DNA from: Octopus vulgaris
Lineage: Eukaryota
Direction: 5' to 3'
Length of the DNA stretch: 64,000 nucleotides
NCBI GenBank assembly: GCA_951406725.2
Contig: OX597837.1
Coordinates: forward strand, 28,272,001-28,336,000
The position numbers and the translations under genes are program-made. Numbering within the stretch: position 1 is the stretch's first letter; every line of letters begins with the position of its first letter. The notes below the pieces were generated by a model, which saw only the letters and a list, made by a program, of their open reading frames with translations, ran no database searches and was not told where the DNA came from. Positions 12,172 through 28,366 of this stretch are shown in pieces.

Positions 12172-12796
12172 TAAAGAGAGAGCGGGTGAGAGAAGCAAGT
12201 GTAAAATTAGGAAGAAAAGAAAGTACTCAATACAGGAGTCTGAGTTTCATAATAGCAGCAGAAAAGTAATATGTCCGTTACTCTGAGTTTCAACAAATCA
12301 ATCTTAGGATGATTGTGAAAAAATGGAACATAGATTTATGTTATATATTACCATGAAAATGCTTGGATATCGTAGTTAAATATTTGTATCAAATATTTCG
12401 TTTTCCATAATCACCTGAAGATTATTTAAGAGAAACTCGGAACAATGATTTGCGAAGTTTCAGCCCCTAATATGTTTATAAACATATATGTTATGTATAT
12501 GTATATATGTGGTGTGTGTTTGTGTAGGAAATGAATCCATGGTAGGTAGTGACTGTTTGCGTCAGCAAAATATTTTTTATAGTAATTTTTCTCCCCCATC
12601 TGCCCCCACATTCAAAGAAGAATTGTGATGCGATTGGTGCAAGTTCTTCTGAAGGAGTGAAAAAGATAATTCTTTGCCCTTAGTCTATGAGAATTTAGAA
12701 ATGGTAAAAATTTTTTTTTTTTTTAAATTGATAGAAAATGTAAAAAGAGGCTGATTCTGAAAATGGTGAGGCAGGGAATGGATGGAAGAGAGAAAT

Positions 12797-12854
<58 letters not shown>

Positions 12855-13227
12855 AGAGGAAATAAGAAACAATAAAGGGGAATAAGTGATCAGCGACTTT
12901 TTGGGATATGAAGATTAGTAAATCTGTAATGAACTTATCCATAACGATATACAGTCATATCTAATCGCATGCGTATACATATTCATGCCTTAAAACACAG
13001 ATATATAGGTTTTATTCAAATAAACTTAACTGCCATATTTCAACACATGCACACACTCATTTACGAGATCGTACGTACAGACATACATACGTACATTCAT
13101 AAATACGTACGTACGTTTTGAAGTAATCTGCTAACTCCCGTAATTTCAGACACCATTACACATGCAGGCATAAGTCTACAGAATCTCCCTACAAAACACA
13201 GCGTTTTCTTCCTTCTACACATATGAC

Positions 13228-13644
13228 TATTTCTTTACTACCCACAAGGGGCTAAACACAGAAGGGACAAACAAGGACAGACAAACGGATTAAGTCGATT
13301 ATATCGACCCCCAGTGCGTAACTGGTACTTAGTTTATCGACTCCCGAAAGGATGAAAGGCAAAGTCGACCTCGGTGGATTTTGAACCCAGAATGTAACAG
13401 CAGACAAAATAACTATTTCTTTACTACCCACAATGGGCTAAACACAGAGAGGACAAACAAGGACAGAAAACGGATTAAGTCGATTATATCGACCCCCAGT
13501 GCGTAAATGGTACTTAGTTTATCGACTCCCGAAAGGATGAAAGGCAAAGTCGACCTCGGCGGAATTTGAACTCAGAAAGTAACGGCAGACGAAATACGGC
13601 TACGCATTTCGCCCGGCGTGCTAACGTTTCTGCCAGCTCGCCGC
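13228..13644 (-). mobile_element. SINE family C (MetaSINE-like core) with duplicated 3' portion
   Basis: Core GCCTTTCATCCTTTCGGG..GTCGATAAA..AAGTACCA present twice. One TSD pair TCTACACATATGAC at 13214-13227 and 13645-13658. Confidence 0.9.
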
Positions 13645-14067
13645 TCTACACATATGACAACCACACTCAGTGTACATGTATGACATGTATGCATGCAGTG
13701 GCATACAACTGCTCATTTATAGTCATCAGCACCTATGTATTTACATACACGGTTCAGATGTATAAGTGCGGAGGTAGGTTGGTACACATTGACAGGTTCT
13801 CGCATTCATGGGAGAAATTACACTGCGATTTCGAGAGTGAGACAAACATAGGATGATGGACACCAAGAAACTATGCACTCGCACGCATTCATCAAAGAGG
13901 CCGAAACTTCGAAATCACTGTCAACAACATTCTTGTATAAGAATAATAAATTTATGCTCTACAAAAGTATAGAGCAGCCTATCAGACTGATGTATAATTG
14001 TTATTATTATAACGTCAAAATCATATATATATATTATATCATATTATATATATATATATATTATATC

Positions 14068-14098
<31 letters not shown>

Positions 14099-14875
14099 CA
14101 TATTATATATATTATATCATATTATATATATATTATATATATATATTATATTATATTATATCATATTATATTATATATATATATTATATTATGTCATTAT
14201 GTTGTATTATATTATATTATATATATTTATATTATGTTATATTATGTTAATTATGTTATATATATATATATATATTATATTATATTATATTATATGGTGG
14301 AGCGCACAAGCTTCTAAGAAAAATCAATTTGGTGTGTGGGATGAAATAGTTTGGATAGCACTGATGTAATAATGTGTATGAATGAAATTATTGGTGGTTG
14401 AAACAAGAGAATATTGTTTCTTCTCTTGCGTGTTCTTCACAGCAAAATAATAAAAGCTAAAAGATTTGGTCAGTTAGGGAGATAAAAGTGAAGAAGGGGA
14501 GATATAGGCTATGTGATGGCAATATATAGATATGGTCATTAAAAATAAACTTGCTGTCTGTCGGTTACTCTTGAAATTAACGCGTAAGTGTCTGAGTATT
14601 CCACAGACACGAGTACTTTTACCGTAGATTGCAGTTAGATATTCAGTTGCAACGTGTACTCCTTTTAAAATATAAGAATATGTAAACTAAATTTCATAAA
14701 CATTTCTCCTTTTCACGGTAGTATGTCGTACCTAATTAAATAACTCCATTAATATTGTTGTTGCCTCCTTTATAAATATTTACTTTCAACAAGACTGCTA
14801 TATCTACAACATATTGTGATACGCACTCCCTGCATAAAATATCAGACGCAGATAAGACATAGATATAGCCAAACG

Positions 14876-14918
<43 letters not shown>

Positions 14919-15140
14919 AGTAGGTGAATGAATCATCCTATGTTTATCGTCAGCATGGAAAATTCGTTTAACCGAAACCTGGGCAGCAAATTCACGTCAG
15001 AAAACACGGTTGAAGCGACCTGTCAAGGGTAGAAACTCCGGGTTCTTGTGTAGAGATTTGTGTGTTGTATATGAATAAATGAAAGAATGGAGTCGAACGA
15101 ATTTTGTTAACATCTTCGTTCGACTCCATTCTTTCATTTA

Positions 15141-15178
<38 letters not shown>

Positions 15179-15425
15179 CCTTCTTCACACTCACCCTCAG
15201 CAAAACAGTAAAGGACCAATTCTTCCAGCTTTTTTTTTTTTTGTAGTGAAGAACTCTTGAGAATATAACAATGGCACTTCTTGTTGCAATCGATCATGGT
15301 TATACAATGTTGTCGAAAATAACCTAACATTGATATTATTACTCTGGCTTGGGGCTGTATATATGTGTAAGCTTATATACTTACATACATACATACATAC
15401 ATACATATGCACGTATATGTATATA

Positions 15426-15462
<37 letters not shown>

Positions 15463-15672
15463 GTATATGTATGTATATATATATATATATATAATTATAT
15501 ATATGTATATGTATATATATATACGTATATGTAAGTATATATATATTATATTGTGTGTGTTTGCATATATATTTGTATATGCATATATATGTAAAAAGAC
15601 ATGTATATATATATGTATATAGGCATACATATTTTTACATAGGTACAAATATATCATATGTACTTATGTATA

Positions 15673-15703
<31 letters not shown>

Positions 15704-16549
15704 ATGTTTTAGATTGCATAAGATCACCTTCACTACACAAGGAATAAGTTCCCTTTTACAAATTTACCCTGTCTGTATACCCTAAGAACTTTGTTTTTTC
15801 CCCGGTTGCTAAACAACTACTGCTCTATAATGGAGAAATATATAAAAAAAAATATCGTATCAGTTTCTCCAAGGCCTTAAATATTTTCCATTTATAAGGA
15901 CTGTCTCGATTCTTAAAGAAAAAAATGCTTAATTTATAGAACTCGTGGTATATCATGCTGACGATTTCTTAAATGAATAAACTAGTACTATACACGGTTA
16001 TATATATATATATACATGCACACACAATGAGATTCTATGTATCTTCTTTATCCCTTCATTTCAATAAACTTCTAATCCCGCCAAATATTATGAAATGATT
16101 ATCTCCCTTGTACTAACTGTAGACATACATACATATATATATAATTTCTGTAAATATTGCACAATGATGTGAATCCCGCCAACAGTACATGCTTGATCAG
16201 GACTACATTCCTATAAAAATATATCTATAATATAGTATATATGAACTGATATTTCATGTGTGTATGTGTGTAATGATGGAGAAAGTTTGGCACAAATGGA
16301 ATACTGTTTGAATATGCAAATCAATTAACAAAAATTGTGCTATATATATATATATATATATATATATGGTGGTGAGATGAATATTAGGATTGATAACACT
16401 GAATATCTGTGTCTGTTGTATTTGTATGTGCATGTGTGATACATCAAATGTGTGAAATGTCTTGAAGGCATTTGAATTGCATTCGTAATAAAGCATTTTT
16501 CCGCCATACATTTTCTCATGCATGCACCCACGCAAATACGAATCTTGTG

Positions 16550-17505
<956 letters not shown>

Positions 17506-17576
17506 GTATGTGTGCTTATGATTCTGTGTGTGTTAAGGAATGTGTAGGTTTATAAGCTACTCATGTAGGTTAATAC

Positions 17577-20105
17577 CTGTTATTGCTCTCCGAGCCTTTA
17601 TCAGCTGAAGACTTGGCGTCCTCAGCAGCAGCAGCAGCAGTAACATTAGCAGTGGTTGTGTCAGTTGTAGTAGTAGTATTAGTAGTAGTTGTGTCGCTAG
17701 CAGGAATTTCCGTAGTTTTCTTGTTGCTCGTGTCTTCCGATTGGGATTGGTTCACTGATGGACCTCCTTCACTTTGAACAGTTTGGGTATCGGCTGTGGT
17801 TTCTCCTTCTCGTGGTGCCGGGGCGGCGATTTGACCGTCAGAGACTAATTTTTCTACAGGTTGGCTTTCTTGGGCTGTGGTTTCTACTACAGTAGGGGTG
17901 GGCTCGGACGGAGTGGGTGTTTCTAATGTGGTCACTTGTTCTTGGTCCCCTGCAGATTGTTCTTTTACAGCAGCAGCTGTCTCCGCTGCTGGTTCCTCTG
18001 TCTTCGAAGAAGCGGCCGGAGGGCAACTGCTTGCTTCTATTTTGTCTTCCACACCTTCTGGCGTCTTTGGTTCAGGTTTGTCCTCGGCCGCCGGAGCTGA
18101 ATGTTCCTCAGATGTAGAGCTTTCTGTTACACTGTGTTCCACTGTCTCTGTTTTTTCTGTGACTGTTGTCGTTGTTACTGTCGTTTCAACTATTGATTCG
18201 GCTGTTGGTGTTGATTTTGTTGTTGTTTCGACCGTCGTTTCTGTTTTTGTTGTTGACGTTGGATCCGATGCTGTTGAAGTTTCCGATGTCACCGTTTCTT
18301 TTACTTCTGTTGTTTTCGCTGTTTCAGATTCCTGGACAGTTTGGGCTCCTTCCTGTGAAGCAGCAGAGGCCTCCTTTTCAACCGGAGCCGCTTCTGTAGA
18401 ACTGCTGTCTGGTTGGGTTGCCGCCTCCTTCTCGACTTCTTTAACTTCGCTTACAACAACAGAAACATCTTTACCTTCCTCCTGAACACTGGCATCAGCT
18501 TGAGTATCAGCGCCCGTGGCGGCCTCTGGTGTTGATGGGGCTTCAGTCTTTGTTGTACTTTCGACGGGAGCCACAGCAGTGTCGACCTCTGGTGCTGGTG
18601 GGGTTTCAGTTTTTGTCTCAGTTTCGACGGGAGCCGCAGCCGCGTCGCCCTCTGGTGGAGCTGCAGTCTCGACTTTATCGACTTGTTCAGCTGAACTGGT
18701 TTCCTCAGCAGGTGTCGCAGCTTCTGCCGGAGCTGCTACACTTTCCTTGTCAACAGGAGGCGCTGGTGGAGCCGATTCTTCTGCAATCTCCTGTTTAGCT
18801 TCTTCTTGGACCGTTTCCGCCTTTGTTTGTGGTTCTTCAGTTGCTGTCGGTTGTGCAGCTATAACAGTTGTCTCGCTCGGCGGAGCTTCAGCCGGTTTCT
18901 CTTGCGGTGGCACTGCTGCGACATCACTAACAAGAGGTTTAATATTAATAGTTAACGGAGTGATAGAAATTACCGAAGGATCTTTTGTTGGTTGCTGAAT
19001 GGTAACTACACCTGTGCCTTCAGGCTCCGCTGTACCATGTGCAGGTGGCACATCAGAAAGCTTCAGAACGATGCCGGTGCTGACGGTCTTAGGACGTGGA
19101 GCTGGTGCGGCCTCAAATCTTTCGCCGTAATTTTCAAAAAACATTGGCGGTGTGACATAACCCGGATCAGATTCAGAATTGTTATTACCATTATCATAGT
19201 AACTGTGCGCAAAATGCACGTGACTATATGAAGTGGTACCAGTTTTGTAAACAGTTGTACCCATTCCATCACTGCTTTGGAACTCTTTCGCAGCGTAAGT
19301 TCCCCTTGGGAAAGTACTGGATTTCTTTAAAGCTGATGTTAATTCTTCGAAGACACTATGTTTTTGAGCATCCGGCTTCTGTTTCTGGGAAACCGGTGTG
19401 ACATACGATGTTTGTTGATGCACGGGTTCGTCTCTAGTTTGCTCAGCCTGTTCTTGTTGTTCCAGTTTTTTAGCGAAAGGGCTTATCATAGATGCTCCCC
19501 AAGAACGATAACTGTAGTCAGGTACATTTCCACCTGCAGCAGGTGTCGCCGGAGCAGATTTCGCAGTGGGCTGTCTGGGCTTCGGCGCTGAAGCGGTCCT
19601 CTTTACCGGAGCGGTAGGTGTGAACGGCAAATGACTTCTTGTTGGTGGAGCAGAATGTGGCGGCGGCGGTGGTGGAGGAACATATGTCTCAATCGGTGGA
19701 TTATATGTCTGAACAGGTGGAGCGACCGGTGTCCATTGTTTCTGTGGCAAGAAAGACGGGCTCGGAATATCATAAGTTTGGGGTGGGTTGTAGGTAGGTT
19801 GAGGACTGGGAGCTCTACGCCGAGGCGGCTCAACGTGGCGTATCGGCGAATGGTGTTGATTATAAGCCACAGGTTCCGGTGACTGGAGGGGTGATGACTG
19901 ATAATAAAAGGATGAAGTAGGGGAATCTACCATTTTTAGCGGTGAAGGGTATCTAACAGGGGTTTTACATGGGGATGCCCTAGATTCTCTCACGGAGGTC
20001 GCCGCCCCGCTTCTATTGCTGCTGCTGCCGCCATGTACGGGGCCGTACTCTTTCACAGGAGTCGAGCTGCTGGTAGTCTCGTATTCAACGTCGCCCAGCC
20101 ACTTG
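17577..20105 (-). CDS. Zasp-like gene, giant exon C (843 codons, Pro-rich then Glu/Thr/Ala-rich disordered region)
   Basis: 2.5-kb stop-free frame in otherwise stop-dense AT-rich DNA. Acceptor TTTCATCTTCCGTGTAG|C (phase 2, matches exon B) and donor AG|GTATTA (phase 2). Length 2529 = 3x843. Confidence 0.88.
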
Positions 20106-20946
20106 CTACACGGAAGATGAAACACGTACACATCAGTTTAATACACAACATTGCCACTACAACAGTGCTCACCATAAATCTTAAATATTTTAGCCTTCTT
20201 TTTTATCCCTTCACTTTTCCGATTCTTCTTGCTCAAAACCCTTTCAGTTTATCCTTCATTTCTATAAGTACACAAATATTTTTTCTATCTTGTGCTTGGT
20301 TGTACATTCATCTCACCCATGTTAGAAACATAGGTATTCCTTTCAACTTTTCTATAAATATTAGCACAGCTATGCTGTCATGTAACCGAAGACAAGAATT
20401 TTTTTACACCCATATTCCACCCTCCAGGCTTTCAGTTTTCTATAAGTAACATTACAGAGTTGAAGACTGTATTTTAATATCAGGAATATCAAATAGAAAA
20501 TGCAACATCACTCAACTCATCTAACTAAAACCATAAACTTACCCGAGATATTTTGTTCTATGCTGCTAAAAATCTATATCAAATTATGAAAAATACCAGA
20601 GGATTTCTTTATTGTAGAACAAAAATGATTGTTGTTCAGTGCAAAAGTTACCCAGACAAATAATATTTTGCATGATCAAAAATTTCAGAGTGAAATTCCT
20701 GCAGTAGACTAAATATTCATATAGATAATAGTTTAAATTTGTAAAGTGTGGCGTTAGAACATTCAGGAATTTAACACATATACGAACAGCTGATTTCTGA
20801 TTCGAGGTTTATTATTGTGAGGATTTTCATCTCAATACATATCGAAAAACCAATATATATATTGAGAAAGAAAATGAATCTTCACGTCAATTAACTCTTG
20901 ATTTTAAGAATAGATACATTCCCAGTAGCAGCGTCATTTTTTGTTC

Positions 20947-20977
<31 letters not shown>

Positions 20978-21154
20978 CCAGAACAATATTCACTGAATAT
21001 ATATATGTAAACATATCGTAAGATGAGCTCTCTTGCATTATTAGACCAATATTGCTCAGTTTTGAAACAAGGTAAAGTGAAAAGGGGCTGGCACTAAGAT
21101 ATATACATATAATATATCTATATATATATATATGTAATACAGATATACCTGTAC

Positions 21155-21202
<48 letters not shown>

Positions 21203-21535
21203 ATATATTTTATAAATATATATATTAAATAAACATATATATTTGTAATGTATATGTATTATAGATATAAATAATATATATCATATATGTATATACATAT
21301 TTATTACATATATGTATATATATATATATATGAATTATATACGTATATATGTGAATTATATATATGTGTGTGTGAATCATATATATATATGTATTATATA
21401 TATATATACATATAATATATATATATAATATATATATAATAAATTATATATATATACGTATATCATATATATATTTAAAACATTGTATATATATATATAT
21501 ATATATATAAGTAAAATATTATATAAATGTAAATC

Positions 21536-21568
<33 letters not shown>

Positions 21569-21662
21569 TGCATGTGTAAAACATATATATAATATACATA
21601 ATGAAAATATATATAAAATACATACGTAATAGATATATATATAACTCTCTATATATATGCAT

Positions 21663-21757
<95 letters not shown>

Positions 21758-22091
21758 CAAATGTATTAGTTCGCTTTAAACGAAAACCTCGTCATTGGTC
21801 CCTTGTAAGATGGTTAGCCACAACAATAGTTTTTTGTTTCGTTCTTGTTCCGCTTGAAATCTGTTTGTTTACATATATATATATCAGTAAATATTTTTGG
21901 CTGTACATCTTTCAATACATGCATATGTTCATGCGCACATACGTACCCTTGCGCGCTTGCGTTCACATACAATTCATGTATATATTTCTTCCAATGATAT
22001 ATATATATATACGCATACCCGTAGATATGCAGATATATAAAATAACATAGGATACACATGACATATTTATGTGCATATATATTAATATGTA

Positions 22092-22123
<32 letters not shown>

Positions 22124-22145
22124 TTATATATATATACATACACAT

Positions 22146-22179
<34 letters not shown>

Positions 22180-22221
22180 TTATACACACACACACACACA
22201 CATATATATATATTTATATAT

Positions 22222-22382
<161 letters not shown>

Positions 22383-22413
22383 CACACAAACACACACACA
22401 TACATACACACAC

Positions 22414-22473
<60 letters not shown>

Positions 22474-23482
22474 GTCACTCAAACCGTTATGGTCTTTGTA
22501 CACATTTGATATTATTAACGTAATAGAGAGAACAAGATATTTTTAAATGTCGACAATTACAACACAAACGACAAGGGAGAAAAAAAATGAATTGAAAATT
22601 AAATTAAAGACTATTGCATATATAATAAACATAGCGATTTTTTATGATCACATCGTGTTTTTAGCTTTGTCAATGGAGATTGTAAATTCGAATGAGTCTA
22701 GTTGAATATTTTTCTTGTACTCATATCCTCTTCCTCGGGAAAAAGAAGAGCAGAGTAACTGTTAAGTTAGATCAATGAGGTATTTGAGAGTTGCTTGATT
22801 GTCATGTCAAAGCAACGAAATATGATTGAAGTCGGTTCGCTACCGTTGTAGACGAAATGTCTGCAACATTATGTAGCTCTGATTCATGATACTAAACAGT
22901 CACAGTTAGACAAAAATAAACGGTATGGAAAATAAATAACAGCAACACAATCACTGAGATAGACGCGAGGTTTCAAGTCTTGTCAGTGAGCCTAGCGTCT
23001 AATGTAATTTACATTATAATTTTAATTGTTATTTAATCAAAATATTCTTTGTAAAATATGACTTGAGATATAAAACAAAAATGAAAGAGAAAATAAACAG
23101 CAAATAACTATTCACTGTTTTCATTATTTGTTCTTATCTTCAGTATGATATTCAGTATATGAAAATCTATTTGTATATCCCAGTATGCTTATTAAGTAAA
23201 GTAATTATGGAAACTACTTTCTTGTTCTGTTAATATCTGTAACTTAATTATAGGCACGATTTCTTATGGACATTTATTTGATTTCTTCGTTCGTCGAGAT
23301 GACATCAAACAACGACGAAGGTAAATTAAACACAGGTGACCTAAGAGACGGATTAACATCCTGTGATATGGCGCTCTTTGTCTTAGCGATAAAAGAGTAC
23401 AGCAAGGAAATGCTAATCCATGAGAAGACATGTGGTGTACCAAGATAGATCACAATAGACGTAGTGCAGGAGACCTTATATA

Positions 23483-23513
<31 letters not shown>

Positions 23514-23680
23514 GAAAAAACCATGCATAAATACATACACGAATAAACAAAATTACATTAATATATTATGATTCCGTGCAAATATATATATATGTATGTA
23601 TAGATATATATATATATGTATGTATATATATATATATAATAATATATATATAGATATATATATGTATATATATATGTATG

Positions 23681-23711
<31 letters not shown>

Positions 23712-23811
23712 GTATGTATATATATAGATATATATATGTATATATAAATATATATATGTATGTATATAAATATATATATATGTATGTTTATATATATGTA
23801 TGTATATAAAT

Positions 23812-23888
<77 letters not shown>

Positions 23889-24391
23889 ATAGGTACATAC
23901 ACACATATATCTACATATATATAGATGCCTATGTACGTGTGTATATAAATACACACATAGAGAGACAAAACTATATGAGGGTACATCATTAATCATCCGC
24001 AATGCACTAATAAAAAATCGTCCTGAGTGAATATTTATTCTCGCTAACGTAGCGATCCAGATGTCGTACGGTTTCAAAAAGAGTTTTCTTTGCTCGAATC
24101 TTCGAGTTGTTTTCGGATCCACCCTAAACAGACATCACTGAAGTTAAGCATGTCGTGGCTGAATTCATGGCGACAGCAATGACTTATTCACATGATATTT
24201 GTCACTTTATCAGTAATCATCCAGCTGGTCAACACAACCATGACATTCTCATTTTATGTACTAAATGAGTATAGGAAAAGTCGGGTGTCGTCTGCTTCTT
24301 TCTTGATGCGTGACAAATGTGCAACCATTATTAAAAATGTTATAAAGTATTCATAGATGGCCTGTAGCTGTACAACGCATTCCACATATGG

Positions 24392-24777
24392 AAGGAAGCA
24401 CTCCGTCGGTTACAACGACGAGGGTTCCGGTTGATCCGAACAACGGAACAGCCTGCTCGTGAAATTAACGTGCAAGTGGCTGAGCACTCCACAGACACGT
24501 GTACCCTTAACGTAGTTCTCGGGAATATTCAGCGTGACACAGAAAGTGACAAGGCCGGCCCTTTGAAATACAGGTACAACAGAAACAGGAAGTAAGAGTG
24601 AGAGAAAGTTGTGGGGAAAGAGTACAGCAGGGATCACCACCATCCCCTGCCGGAGCCTCGTGGAGCTTTCAGGTCTTTTCGCTCAATAAACACTCACAAC
24701 GCCCGGTCTGGGAATCGAAACCGCGATCCTACGACCGCGAGTCCGCTGCCCTAACCACTGGGCCATTGCGCCTCCAC
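24392..24777 (-). mobile_element. tRNA(Arg)-like SINE family B, main subtype
   Basis: Head GTGGAGGCGCAATGGCCCAGTGGTTAGGGCAGCGGACTCGCGG...TTCGATTCCC. Target-site duplication (TSD) TTCCACATAT at 24380-24389 and 24780-24789. Confidence 0.9.
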
Positions 24778-25033
24778 TGTTCCACATATAATACTTGAAA
24801 GACAGAGGACTTTGCCTAGGTATACCCTTCCAGCGACTATAAAACAAAGTCTTAAACGCTGCTTTTTTTTTTAACCAAAAGAAAGTGAAGCGGCCATGAT
24901 AACTGGCGTAATCACTAATGTCTCAACCTCAAACCGGCACTGCAATGGCCAAAGAGAGACAACATCTGATGATGTGCAACGAATTTTCCTACCAATAAGA
25001 AAAATATGTGTACAGCGGATAATTAATGACACC

Positions 25034-25070
<37 letters not shown>

Positions 25071-25163
25071 TATATATATAATATATATATATATATATGT
25101 ATGTATAATGTATGTATGTATAAAGTTAAAAACTATTTTGACATGTGAAAAATCAATAATATA

Positions 25164-25203
<40 letters not shown>

Positions 25204-25247
25204 TTGATTAATAGACTAGAATGACCTCGTGAATGAATGTGAATGTG

Positions 25248-25295
<48 letters not shown>

Positions 25296-26630
25296 TGACC
25301 AATAGACTAAAATGACTTTGTGAATGAATGTAGTGTTGGAAATGGGGGTGTAATTCATTTTCAGAGAATTAAATTTATTATTATTAGCATCATCATCATC
25401 ATCATCATCATCACTACATTGATTATAATTAGGGTCATCATCAGCATCATCATCAGCATCACCACCATCATTGCTATCATTATCACTAATACTACCGTTA
25501 CTATTTACTGTAATTATTATTATTATTATTTATATCATTATTATCATTATTATTATTATTTTCATTATTATCATTATTATTATCATTATTATTCAAGTTG
25601 AAGAATACTTGAAGTGTTGGGGCGGGGTGGGGTGGGGTGGGGTAAAATTTGCTTTCCATTATTAATAACATGAAAACGAATGGCTTTATATAACATCTCA
25701 CATCCCAATTTCTGTTCTCAAATTTTTCCCCAATCTTTTCCCCGTCATATATTCAGCTACGGATTTCATTCCGTTTTTTGTCTAGCTTTTTTTTCTTATT
25801 TGTTAGCTTCATTAATTTGATTCGATTGGATTTATATAAACTACGATCATCATCATCATCATTAACATCATCATCATCAACATCATCATCATTATCATCA
25901 TCATCATCACCATCATTGTCAGAGATATATATAATACGTCATTGACTTCGTAAATATTAGAAGTCATTGCAAAAATATTTAAGCAATATTAAATTTCTTT
26001 ATTTTAATTATGTAATATAAAGTTTAGTTTAATGCAATCCGCTTATTATTTTTCGCAATAGAAAAAAAAAAGAAATCGCATTAACTAAAGAAGCTTTTTC
26101 CTGTTCAACTTTTATGTAAATTTTTATGTGATACAAATATTAAAATAATAATTTTTACCGAATCCTTGTTTCTTCCGATATATATGGGGGAAATACTGGC
26201 AGAGAAACAAACGAGAAATATATGCAAAACGGACAGAAAGAGAGAAGAGGATAGGAACATCGTTCTAGTAATATGAAGACCGTTCGTAATCAAGTGTTTA
26301 ACAGATCTGAAGAAATAAGCAGAGAGAGAGAGAGAGAGCGAGAGATGTTTCCTGATTAGCCACATAGGGCTGAACACAGAGGGGACGAATTACAAAGTAG
26401 AGCTTTACTTTTGGGGGAGAAAAATATCTAAAATTAAAAAAAATAAAAGGGGCGGTAGGTTTTCGATCAAAAGGGATCGTAAAAAAGAAACAAAAAACGA
26501 TCAATAGAGATCGTGTATCACAGAAATGTCATAATGTAAAGTGTAAAGCGGGAAGCAGATATGGTTTATCCGTGGAGAGAAAAGCCTACGGAAAAGATCG
26601 CGGTAACCTCGGTCAATAATGTCGCATGTT

Positions 26631-26686
<56 letters not shown>

Positions 26687-26983
26687 GTATGCTGGTAGAC
26701 AGGCAAGCACAAAAAAATAAATGCAGAAACATAGATAACTCTACTCACTGATTTCTGCCTTTGTATTTGATATACTACACAACGATACAGTACAATATGT
26801 TTGTGTGTATAAAACATTGCAATGAATGTACAAGGCTACAGAATATGAACCATACAGTTGCAGTCTGGTAATACATATACCACACAACTGTTGACGATGA
26901 TAGTAAAGTAATTCTATTTTTTTCAATCGGAAGTTATTAATATGGTGAAACTAAGTTCCAAGTAACAAATCTAAAAAAATTTT

Positions 26984-27419
26984 AGGAGTGGCTGTGTGGT
27001 AAGTAGCTTGCTAACAAACCACATGGTTCCGGGTTCAGTCCCACTGCGTGGCATCTTGGGCAAGTGTCTTCTGCTATAGCCCCGGGCCGATCAATACCTT
27101 GTGAGTGGATTTGGTAGACGGAAACTGAAAGAAGCCTGTCGTATATATGTATATATATATATATGTGTGTCTGTGTATGTTTGTGTGTCTGTGTATGTTT
27201 GTGTGTCTGTGTTTGTCCCACTAGCATTGCTTGACAACCGATGCTGGTGTGTTTACGTCCCCGTCACTAAGCGGTTCGGCAAAAAGAGACCGATAGAATA
27301 AGTACTAGGCTTACAAAAAGAATAAGTTCCGGGGTCGATTTGCTCGACTAAAGGCGGTGCTCCAGCATGGCCGCAGTCAAATGACTGAAACAAGTAAAAG
27401 AGAGTAAAGAGTAAAAGAG
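26984..27419 (+). mobile_element. SINE family A, full length
   Basis: Same head, body and tail as 7107-7509. Confidence 0.9.
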
Positions 27420-27997
27420 GTACTTTACGAGTGAAGTCCCTTTCATCGGGTTAAACATACTCTGGCCTTCAGAATTGCAATGAAACTTTGATTGGACTAT
27501 AAAAAAGCAAATCCCTAACGACGCTGCAGTTCACAGACTATGTAAAACTTACCGATTAAGGGCATGGAGCCGCCAATTTCAAGGCGTCGGGATTAGTCTT
27601 CACCATCGACCCCAGTGCTTGACTGGTACTTATTTTAATAACCACTTAAAATAGAGGGGATTGGATAACTATGTAACTATAAACTCGAGGTAGGGGTCTT
27701 AGTTTAGAGCTTAATTTATATGGAGATTTGGAGACATAATGAAGATAATCAAGATAACGGTGATGTTGATAATAACAATAATAATAATAATAATAATAAT
27801 AATCCTTGCTATTATAGGCACAAGGCCTTAACTTTGGGTAAGGGGTACTTCTCGATTACATCGACTCCAGTATTTGACTGGCAATTTATTTTATCGACCC
27901 CCCGAAAGGAGGAAAGGCAAAGTTGGCCTCAATGGGATTCGAACTTGAAAAGAGTCAGAAGAAATATCATAAAACTTTTTGTTTGTCAACCCACCGC

Positions 27998-28042
<45 letters not shown>

Positions 28043-28044
28043 TC

Positions 28045-28333
28045 AGGTCTAGTAGCCCGTCCCACTCAAAAGCTCCCTGAATAAGGGCTGTTTAAGGATG
28101 TTGAACAAAACACCCATGTTTCCAAAAGGTGAATTATCCAAACCCTAAAGAATTCCTCTCAACACATGGCTGTGATGCTCCCCCACTACTTCTGCCCTTG
28201 ATCAGAGATACAAATATCGACAGCCACTCTAAGGGACATATTTGTTGTAGCCCATCTTTTACATCAAGACAAAAACACATACATGTTAACACATCCAATC
28301 ATTTAGAGCCACTGCCTGGTACTACACGAGGGC
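28045..28333. mobile_element. Interspersed repeat fragment embedded in (TAA)n, likely non-LTR derived
   Basis: Higher-complexity block flanked on both sides by (TAA)n. Class not determinable from sequence alone. Confidence 0.4.
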
Positions 28334-28334
28334 A

Positions 28335-28366
<32 letters not shown>

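Noticed and set aside
17583-19882. Plus-strand ORFs (e.g. 17877-18485, 18516-18998) overlapping the giant exon
   Set aside because: They are antisense shadows of a low-complexity coding exon, with no splice or domain evidence.
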